From NCBI RefSeq assembly GCF_009914755.1, contig NC_060927.1: a DNA stretch of 64,000 nucleotides; one strand, written 5' to 3'. Source of the DNA: the human T2T-CHM13v2.0 reference genome, Homo sapiens. This document shows positions 54,046 through 64,000 of this stretch, piece by piece. The translations under genes and the position numbers were made by a program. The notes beneath the pieces were generated by a model. It was not told where the DNA came from and made no database searches. It saw only the letters and a program-made list of their open reading frames with translations. Positions within the stretch are counted from its first letter, which is position 1; every line of letters begins with the position of its first letter.

Positions 54046-54509
54046 TGTATTGGTCAGGATTCTCCAGAGAAACAGAATCAGTAAGTTATTACAAAAGGAG
54101 ATTTATTATGAGGCATTGGCTTATGTGATTATGGAGGCTGAGAAGTTCCATAATGTAATCACTGGAACCTGGACACCCAGGAATGCCAGTGGTACAATTT
54201 AGTCCCATCCCAAAGGCCTGAGAACCAGGGGAGGTGATAGTGTAATTCCCAGTCCCAGGGTTGATGATGAGATGTTACATTTCAACCAGGCAGGAAGCAA
54301 AAAGGGGTGACTTCCTCCTTCCTCTACCTTCTGTGCTGTTGAGGCTCTCAGTGGATTGGATGATGCCACCTGCTTTAGGAAGGGCAATCCACTTTACTGA
54401 GTCCACCAATTCAAATGCTAATCTCATCCTGAAGCACCCTCACAGACACACCCAGAAATTGTTTAAGCTGAGAGATTTGTCAAATTCACACATAAAATTA
54501 GTTATCACA
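54046..54509 (-). mobile_element. MLT2 LTR (3' LTR of an ERV-L)
   Basis: tgtattggtcaggattctccagagaaacagaa...ttcaaatgctaatctcatcc..caccctcacagacacacccagaa...cacataaaattagttatcaca. Confidence 0.9.
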
Positions 54510-55375
54510 AGTCCACCTTTCATCAACTAGGCACCCATACAGATCTTCTTAAACCATACCTAATCTTTGAAATATGACAACAAGGCTATATTCTGTCTAA
54601 CATGACACAACTATCCTGAATACAACTGAAAATTCGATTCCTAGATGAGAAAGTAAAGTACTTGAATGGTGTTTACTCTTTGTTTGATATCCTGTGACTT
54701 AAAGACTATTATAGAAAATTAAGAGTACTAAAATACTATAATATAAATTCAATAAATCATATTTTAGTTGATGGGGGAACAAGAGAGGAAAGAAAACATT
54801 TTTACTTCCTTTCCTCTCGTATATCTCTTATATATCTGGCATACAAATGCATTCATGGCAAAATAAGGAGGAAATACTCATGACAATTACATTCCTGGCT
54901 TCTGTTACTGGTCACTGGTATTTATAACGACCGTTTTCCAAACTATTCTGTATTCCCTTTGCCTTCAGAAAGTACCCTCGTGCGGTAAACCCAAATCTTC
55001 ATTCCTAGAGGGTCTGAGCCATTACTAGTCCTGCTTGAATGAGATTGCTGTGTTTTTCCATTGGCTTTAATTATAAGGCATAGTAATACTAAGAAAGGCC
55101 CTAGAGGATCTCCTGTATTCCAGACATACTCTTCCTTATCTCCATTGTGGATTAATAGTCCAATTTCCTTTTTATAGTCAGGATCAATCCCCCTTGTCAA
55201 CTCTCTTCTTTGTCTGTTAATTCAAAGGCAGGAAGAGTACAGAGTGGCCAGGCAGCAGTCTTAACTTCCAGTTCAGTGGAATCATTGCTGGGTCTCCTCA
55301 TGGAAGCATTCTTCCCTTGGGAACTAAGACCTCTAGGCCTAACAGAGAATAGTCACAAAAACAGGAAGCAAAAAT
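54510..55375 (-). mobile_element. ERV-L internal 3' fragment with PPT and dUTPase remnant
   Basis: Minus strand reads gatgaaaggtggact directly before the LTR TG; ORF 54943-55200 gives GIDPDYKKEIGLLIHNGDKEEYVWNTGDPLG (dUTPase motif III region). Confidence 0.88.
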
Positions 55376-58300
55376 AGATGTGTGTGTATATACATCCATA
55401 TGTATATATGTACTATATATATGTATGTATATAACAGTATATTTTAATGATATATTTATTGCATGGTCTCATGTTGCTTTTTTTTTTTTTTTACATGTTA
55501 CAGTTTGGATGCTTTAGTTTTCCATATCTGTACTTATCCATCTTGTCTCTGTTCAGATCCTAATCACTCCATTTCTTTAGTATCAGGAATTTATCTCCTC
55601 TCCACCGCTGGAGAAGACCTGTTCTTTATTCTCTAGTTTTTAATAAAACGTTTTACTCTCACTCAGCTGGAATACAGTACAATTTGGGGTATGAGAAATG
55701 ACTCTAAGGTAATTTTTTCCATACTGCTATCACATTGGCCCAACACTATTTATTAAATATAATTTATTTCTATATTGTTGGGGATTCATATAATCATTTA
55801 AATTGATTTTTACCAATCTCAGTTGTATTTCATCAGTCTGGCTTTATGGGCTATGAATTTTTCTTAATATGTAATTATTGCTTTGTGAGTTTAATCTCTG
55901 ATATAATAAATCATACAGAGATATATCAAATTTCTTTATTATTTAGACAAGGTGATCTCTTCATGTCCTCTAATATTCTCTTTTGCCCCTCTCCCTAAAA
56001 AACTGTCATATTCTAAAGCCAACTAATATGGGAAGGAGAATGAAATGATATTAGTTGAGAATGAATGACAGACTACTTAGGATAACATGTATGCCAAGTG
56101 AGTTGAATCAGCTGATGTAGTAGTATGACTGACAGTTTTTGTTGAATATTTTATGAATCTATTAAATTAAGAAATGAAATGGATGGTCTCTAAATATCCT
56201 TATAATGTGGACATTCTCTGAGTTTTTATTCTAACATAACTCTAATAATTTGGACAACCTCAATATCTGACAGCATATTTCCCTTGTGATATAAAGTCAG
56301 TCTCAGACATGGTCTCCTCTAGGGAACCTTCCCTAAATGCCACTACAACTGGCCATGCCCAAATCTGAAGCTTCTCCTGGCTCCTTCTCTTTTTCTCCTT
56401 GACACTGTGCTTATATTACTACTACAAAGGCCCCAAAACACAGCAAAGAATAATTTGTTAAATGAGTTAAGTCCATTTGAGACCTGTAAAGTGACTTTCA
56501 CTGTTAACAATAGTCCCCCTCTGTGGGTAGAAGCAAGAATGAGTTTCCAAACTTGGGAGGTTTGAGGTTCTGGCATCACAGGAATACTCCCAGATTGCTT
56601 TCAGGAGGCAACTTCATCCTTGCCATGGCTCAGATGTTTGATTGGAGTGAAAGTTAAAATGAGAACTGACCTACCTGATAATCATAGTGACAAAATGAAC
56701 ATATATGGGGTTATTTTAATTATTATTTCAGTCCAAGATGGTCAGCAGAAACTGTACATGTATGACACATTTAGAAACTTAGAATATTTTCAGTCTTTAT
56801 CCAGAAAACCATAGAGGATATTCTAAAGTTTAAAGCTTAAAGCTGCTGCATCTTCACACTGCAATTTATTGTTCACTGCTGATGATAAACTGGTTATTCC
56901 TGTCACAAGAGTGTGCTAGGCTGAGACTCTGGGAATTGTATTTATCTAGACAATGATAATATAACATAGTAAGTAGAAATGAAATTTTCCCATCTAGCAT
57001 GTTTTCTGATTACATCTTAAAGAAAATCATTTTGGTAAATATATCTGAAATGAAGGTGGGGATATTTTACAGCTGTAAACTATACCTACATAGCAGGGAT
57101 GTAGTCCATTAATTCTCAATGCTCGAGGTGAGGCTGACAATTCATAAGTGGTAAATCCAGAGAGTTATGAAGATATTAAATCTCACATCTGGTGAGAAAA
57201 TGTGTTATTTCACTGGGTTGATTGACGGACACTTTCCCATTACAGTGCAATTTGGGAAATCGCACTGTTAATTGCTAGGGTTTTAGCAAAGCTCTGTAGT
57301 TCAATTCCAATTACTTTAGTTTTGAAAAACAGAACAGCTGGATGGTAAAATTGCCCGGAGCTGTCAGCAAGGGAGGGCACAAGCCAGCAACCCAACCTCT
57401 ACCATTCCTGATTTGGATTTTCTACAGAGCTATTAGTGAGTGAAATTGAAGGCTTCTGGCACCGGAGGTCTCCCTGCCATGTGCCTTCTTCTGGCTGGAA
57501 GCACGTTTGTTTGCTTACCGCTCAGGTGATTGCCACCGTAATCATCAGGCACGCTCCCATTATTACTCATTTGCTTCCCTCTTCACAGGGGAGAGATGAG
57601 AAAAGCAAGTCTCATCACATCTTGATCTCCTCACCACAGGGGGATCGCTTCCTTGCTTTAGAGCCAAGTGGAGTTTACACTTTCTCCTCAGAGATTTCTT
57701 TTGCTGTCAAATTGACCTTTGAGTCCTTCGTTATCTATGGGGGCGAATTACATGTTTCCACACACACAGTCTCTTTGTCTCTGGCTAAATCTAGAAAGAA
57801 CAACTCCAGTTGTGGTTTGGAAATTACCTAGCATCAGCAGCTAAATGTAATCAAACTGGATGATTCAGTACATCCCACCACTAACTCCCACATCGACCTC
57901 AGTTCACTGTGTTTGAATCAGGTGAGTGTCAAATGTTTTCTTTGGTTAAGGTAACGTGGACCATATCCAGAGCCTCCTGGCTCCGCCTTGCTTGGTATAG
58001 CTGTGAATATGTAAGGGGCTTTCTTCAGTAGCTTCAGGATTTAAGAGCATAATGAAATGGGGGTGTCACACTTCTGATAAAATCTCAGTGAGCACACAGT
58101 TGAAGAAGGATTTCAAGAAGAAATATTTGTGAGAAGAAAAAAAGCTTAGTTATGCACATGGGAAATTTAAAGAAAACAATATCTTGCCTTTCTAGAATTT
58201 CTTTTTAATATTCATTATTTATTTTTTATATTGTAAATTCAGACTAATAATTTTTGGTGTCCCTCAAAGTCAATACTCTTGAAATATGTGGTCAACACAT

Positions 58301-58502
58301 TTTGACAGGGATGGCTGTGGTGGGGGAAGGGAAGGCATACATAGACTGGCTTCAAGAACAAGTACCTTTCTTCCCCAGCAATGTAGCTCCCACCCCAGAC
58401 TTGCACAATAATCATCTAAAAAATACCTGTCCTAACTACTGTTACTCTTAGAATGCTTTTTTGGGAGTCTTACTCCCCCTTCTTCTCTGAGAGGCTTATC
58501 AA

Positions 58503-58994
58503 TAAGGTGACTATATGCTTATGTGGTCTGCGCCTTGTCCTAATACAATTATTAATAATATACCTTGTATTAGTCCATTCTCATTCTGCTAATAAAGACA
58601 TACCAAGACTGGGTAATTTATAAAGGAAAGAAGTTTAATTGACTCACAGTTCAGCGTGGCTGGAGAGGCCTCAGGAAACTTAAAATCATGGCAGAAGGGG
58701 AAGCAAACATGTCCTTCTTCATATGGTGGCAGGAGAAAGAAGTGCTGAGCAAAGGGGGAAAAAAGCCTCTTATAAAACCATCAGATCTTGTGAGAACTCA
58801 CTATCACAAGAACAGCATAGGGGTAATTGCCATTATGATTCAGTTACCTCCCACTGGGTCCTTCCCATGACACATGGGGATTATGGGAACTACAATTCAA
58901 GATGAGATTTGGGTGGGGATAGAGACAAACTGTATCACCCCTATAACTTTCAAAAGAATACCTAGGTCAGATGATAAATTGTATAGTAGTTCTG
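58503..58994. mobile_element. MER81-like hAT-Blackjack element split by THE1
   Basis: taaggtgactatatg..ttgtcc..aattattaata [THE1] ..ctttcaaaag..gatgataaattgtatagt. Confidence 0.55.
58566..58937 (-). mobile_element. THE1 (THE1C/D) MaLR solo LTR
   Basis: tgtattagtccattctc..gctaataaagacatacc.agactgggtaatttataaaggaaag...tacaattcaagatgagatttgggtgggga...tatca. Confidence 0.92.
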
Positions 58995-60836
58995 TTTATC
59001 GATGTATGTCTTAATCATATACAATATTTAGGTTTAGAGGAAACCTGTTAAGTAACATTTCCTCAATCTCCCCAGATTTACCGTTCTGTTCTTAACCTTT
59101 GTAAATTGATGCCCCAGTAAGTGGTCCCATCCTTCAATCAAGCCATACTTAAAATCCCTGAGTTATAGAAAAGTATGTCTGAGGGGAAAGTTAAAACAAA
59201 TTGTATGCAAAAAAAAAAAAAAAAAAAAAAAAAACTCTTGGAAAATTAAGAGGCTTTATTTACCTTCAAAAAGCAGGACATAATGGTTTAAAAGTAAATA
59301 CTCATTGTTTTCGTTTGTCATTATTTGTGACTTGATATTTTGGATCAATGGCAAATCTCTTCTGAAATATTTGAAATGCCACTTTTTAAAGCTGTTTTTA
59401 TATCTCTTCTCTTTTCTTACATTTAACGAGCTCATCGCTTTTACTCCTCTCTTGTAGGTCCTCTTTTCCGTCTTCTCATTCCTGTGGATCTGTCCTGTAG
59501 CCTTTCCACGCTATCCTCAGGCTCATCTGTTTTCTGAAGATGGGAAAAGCCCTTTGGACAAGGTAGGTATGCCTGATGATAAGCAGAGGTAGCATTTTCA
59601 ATGTGGAACATTTTTAGCAAACCTGAATACTGCCAGTGTGTTAATAATGTGTCTTTATCAATGGAAACTCTTTTTTTTTCTACTTCATTATATACCTCTA
59701 AAGCCATTTATCATGGGAATTTATTAGTTTTGTTTAAGTGTATGTACTGGTATTTTTCTTCAGTGAAATTCATTTCTATATACTTCTAATGAGAGGGACC
59801 ATTTGTTTAGATTATAGTCCATACTCGATCCTGCTCTTCTTTTTGAAAGTCTTTGAAATTCTATTTTGTTCTCTCCCTTTCCAGACCTGCTATTGCACAG
59901 AAAATTGGATTTGTTTTTTTACCTTAGTAACTTAGTTATTCATAATTCTGTGATTATTCCTCATGTGTGATTTCTGTCTCCTTGGCTATATTTAAAGTTT
60001 ACTGGAGACAGAAGCCATGTCTTCATATACCTTTTAGATCTCTTACAGAACTGAGATTCTTGTTAAGTACGTGAAGAAAATTGCATTGGTTAGCTTAACA
60101 GGTTCTTGACCAAAGATGTCAGCACTGTGGTTGTCTGTAATTCTTGTATACAGAAGCTGTTTTAGCCAGGGGTCTTAGATTTCAGGCATGAGACACCACT
60201 TTTAGTTTGCTTAAGCAAAAGTGAGAATGCTGCTGGAATCTGTTGGGAAGTTATGGCTGTGTTTTAGAAAATTGAAGGAACAAAGAAAACCCTAGTCTCA
60301 GAAACAGCAGTACCCAGGGTGGCCTAGGGTTCCAAGTAATCATTATTAATGGACAAGAATCCTTAGTCTTTGTGTTGTTTGGAATTCAAAGTCTAGATAT
60401 AAGCTTGGGTCTTATGCTGTCATTTTTTGGACAGGTGTTGTCTAGGTTGGTGTTGTCTTCATGTCTTGGACCCATGAGTGGACAAAGACCTTAAAAAGCC
60501 CTAGCTCTGAAGCCGTTCCTTTCTATATGCTACTTCAGACAACGCATATCTAAAGGTGCAATGATAGCACTACCAGCCCACTGAGTGTCTTTCATTTCAT
60601 TTCATTGCTGGATTTTTTTTTTCTTTTTCCCCAAGCAGACATGCATGTATTCTCTCCCACTCTGCCATGCATTTTATTTATATCTCACCCTAGGGCACTT
60701 CTCCATTTAGAGATTCTATTGTAAGCTGTTATCATCTGTAGCATTGACTAGATTTCTATGCAGGTTAAAGGAAGGAATGATAATGCAAAGTTGCTAGCTC
60801 TAACAGAATGTTATTAACCAGGGAAAAATACATTTA

Positions 60837-61222
60837 AAAAAATTTCAACTTTTCTTTTAGATCCAAGGGGTATATATGCAGGTATATTACATGGGTATAT
60901 TCTGTGATGCTGAGGTTTGGGGTACAAATGATCCCATCATCCAGGTAGTGAGCATAGTACCCAAGAGGTAGTTTTTCAGCCCTTGCCCCCTTCTCTACCT
61001 TCTCCCTCCAGTACTCCCCAGTGTCTGTTTTTCTCATCTTTATGTCTATGTGTACTCAATGCTTGATTCCCATTTGTAAATGAGAACATGTAGTATTTGT
61101 TTTTCTGTCCCTGTATTAATTAGCTTAGGATAATGGCCTCCAGCTGCATCCATGTTGCTGCAAAAGACGTAATTTTGTCTTTTTAAAGGCTTTATAGTAT
61201 TCCTAGTGTATATGTACCACAT
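60837..61222 (-). mobile_element. 5'-truncated L1PA15/16-like element with TSD
   Basis: Antisense L1PA 3'UTR; TSD gggaaaaatacattta (60821-60836) / ggcataaatacattta (61223-61238). Confidence 0.88.
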
Positions 61223-61879
61223 GGCATAAATACATTTATGGATGACTTGAAACTTGTAGTTATATCATGGTTCAAGGCAATGTACTCTTCTGTGATTCCT
61301 GCTAAATTTTTAAATTGAAATTTCTCCCTTTTTTATATTACCTCTTCTCAGACAGATCAACCTTCTCCTTCCTAAAAATTAACAGTTTCCCCACAGTACA
61401 AATAGAGTATAAATAGCCAAAGGCAGCCTCTTGATGAACAATCAAAAGATGTGATAGAAGCTGAAGTCATTACATCTTGTACAATAATGTTGTTTCTTTC
61501 TTTGGACTTAAAAGATATTGTGCTAGGTATAATAAAAATAGCTTTTGTTATTTTGTGTCATATTGTAATGGATTTCACTGACATTTTACTTATTAATTTT
61601 TAACATTAATATTTTATTACAAAAATGTCATCTTGTCACGCGTGAACAATTTAAAATAAGTTCTGCTTTTTAAAGTATAATTGAATTACATTATGCCATA
61701 ACGCCTCCTTTTTTTTTTTTTTTTTTGGTTACAACTTGTCTGATATTTTTAAAAGAAAATCTATAGGAAAAAAGCTAATATAAATGTTTTCTCTGTGGTA
61801 TAATTAGAATATTTTGAAGTACTTTTATATTTATTATTTAATTTGTGGTCATAAATGTGCTATGAAAAAGACAGGTGGT

Positions 61880-62325
61880 TTAGGATGGCAGCTTTGAGTC
61901 ACGAGGTATCAGTCAACCTGGAAATTGAAATCAACCATGTGGATAATCAGGCAATCATACAATGAAGCCCCAATAAAAACTCTTAATGTTGAGACTTGGG
62001 TAAGCTTTCTTGGCTGGCAATACTCTGTCAGCTGTCACACTTCAATGCCAGGAAAGTAATACATCCTGACTTTGTGGGGAGAGAAACATGGCAACTCCAG
62101 ATTTGGTACTTCCCCAGACTCTGCCCTTTGCCCTTCATCCCTTGGCTGATATTGAACTGTATCCTTTCCCTGTAATAAACTGTAACCATACGTATAATAG
62201 TTTCTATGAGTTCTATGAGTCCTTCTAGCAAATTATTTATCATAAGAATGGCTTTGGGAATCCCCAAACTTGCACTTGGTGTTAAAAGTGAGGGAGGCCT
62301 TACAAACCAACTTTGCAGTTGCCTA
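61880..62325 (+). mobile_element. MER21-family LTR fragment
   Basis: aatgaagccccaataaaaactct..ggctggcaatactc..tgtatcctttccctgtaataaactgtaaccat..ttctatgagtccttctagcaaattat. Confidence 0.75.
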
Positions 62326-63576
62326 AACTCCCAAGAAGTTGACTTAAATGCTCACAATAAGGTACTAAAATTATTGATTTCTCCTATTCCCTCTGTCAGT
62401 TATTTTGTGAAAGAGACTAATTGGATTCAGTTTTTGTCTATCCATGACAGACTTCATCCCTGAATTTAACACCCCCGAATTTAACATTTTCCATATTTAT
62501 TGAAGTAAATGTATTTGTTTAAAGAAACCAGCTAATGAGGACAGTAACACCTAAAAATATTTTATTTCTTTTTGAAAACTAGGTTTTGTTAGCAAGTTTA
62601 AAATAACTAAAGAGAAAGAGAAGGGAGGAAAGGAAAGGAAAAGGAATGGAAAGGAAAAAATTATCACATATAGTTAAAGTTCAGGCCATACAAAAATTTT
62701 ATCTGTGAAAAAGTAAATCCCCTGCCTTCCTCCTATTATAGAATCTTTTGTTGCTCAAAACAAGACTTGTATCCCTCCTTTTAATTCTTACATTTATGTA
62801 TTTATTAATGTTAAACAATTTCTTTCAGATTGATTGAGGCCCTAAAGGTTATAGTTTGTGTGTGAAATCACAAGCCACACATTAATAATTTATCAGTATT
62901 TTTTTCTATCTCCTTATCAGCAATTAGCAGGCCCCACTCATTTTTTTTTTCTAATCTCTACATACACTATATTTTTATTATCCTTTTTCTTGCCTGCCAG
63001 CCACCACTTCTTTAGTTTTATTGATTTGGTGCCTCTTTTAAAAATATTTGCCCCTTCCCACAATATAAGTTCAACTACTGGTTGGTTACTGGGTGCCTAG
63101 TGTGTGTGAGACACCATTTACTATTTTGAGGATCATTTATTGGAAAAACCTAGGTCTTAGTTAATGAGTCTCTAGATTTGATATGTATATGTGTATATAT
63201 GAATGTGTGTGTGTATGAGTGTGCATATGCGTGTTCCAGCCTTCAGAAATGATCTTTACTTTTGTAGAACATCCCAACATTCTGTGATGTAATCTTTAAT
63301 TAATGATAAGGGGGAAATTAGACACATATCTCTAAAACTCACTATGAAAGTCTGAAATAGGTATAGTAGAATAAATTAGATGGAATAAACTGCATTATAT
63401 TATACTTAGAGAACAGTACACTCTAAGTAAGTATCAAGATGTCAATGATAAGAGCATACTCTCACAGCAATTAAAATACAGAACATCTAAAGAAAGCTGA
63501 CCATTAGCATAAACCCTTTTGAAAATTCTGAAGTCTTTCATTTTCATTGGTAAATCTTGGATTTTCAGAAAATCTA

Positions 63577-63921
<345 letters not shown>

Positions 63922-64000
63922 TTAACTAATTTGAGACAGATCATGAATTTAATTAGCAAAAATCTATATTTGTTAAGTTCTTGTACCAGTACTCTTATCC

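Noticed and set aside
57436-57831. 131-aa ORF, the longest in the window
   Set aside because: GTG start, no recognisable homology; the longer open frame is expected from locally higher GC.
59209-59234. Orphan A26 tract as a retrocopy tail
   Set aside because: No flanking TSD, no upstream AATAAA and no recognisable retro-element body.

Overview
AT-rich primate genomic DNA, most likely human or another catarrhine (it contains AluY/S/J, THE1 and L1PA). It looks like a gene-poor intergenic region or a large intron. I found no credible protein-coding exon, CpG island, tRNA or rRNA. The listed ORFs are chance ORFs or repeat-derived (Alu, antisense L1, Tigger1 transposase, ERV-L dUTPase). The window is mostly a layered record of transposable elements: 8 full-length Alus plus one monomer, several L1/L2/MIR fragments, Tigger1, Tigger4, small hAT/Tc2 MERs, and MaLR/ERV-L LTRs, including three nested insertions. 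The most informative other items are: a full-length U2 snRNA retropseudogene with a probable pre-U2 3' extension (15094-15284); a consensus CTCF motif (about 7422-7438); three repeat-free, CpG-retaining blocks with PBX/MEIS/HOX or AP-1 motifs that may be conserved enhancers (about 16-17 kb, 48.5-49 kb, 57.1-58 kb); candidate + strand exons of an unknown, probably non-coding transcript; and several local duplication or template-switch scars. I see no evidence of a new biological system. Repeat subfamily names come from recalled consensus sequences, boundaries of old repeats are approximate, and both need RepeatMasker/Dfam confirmation.
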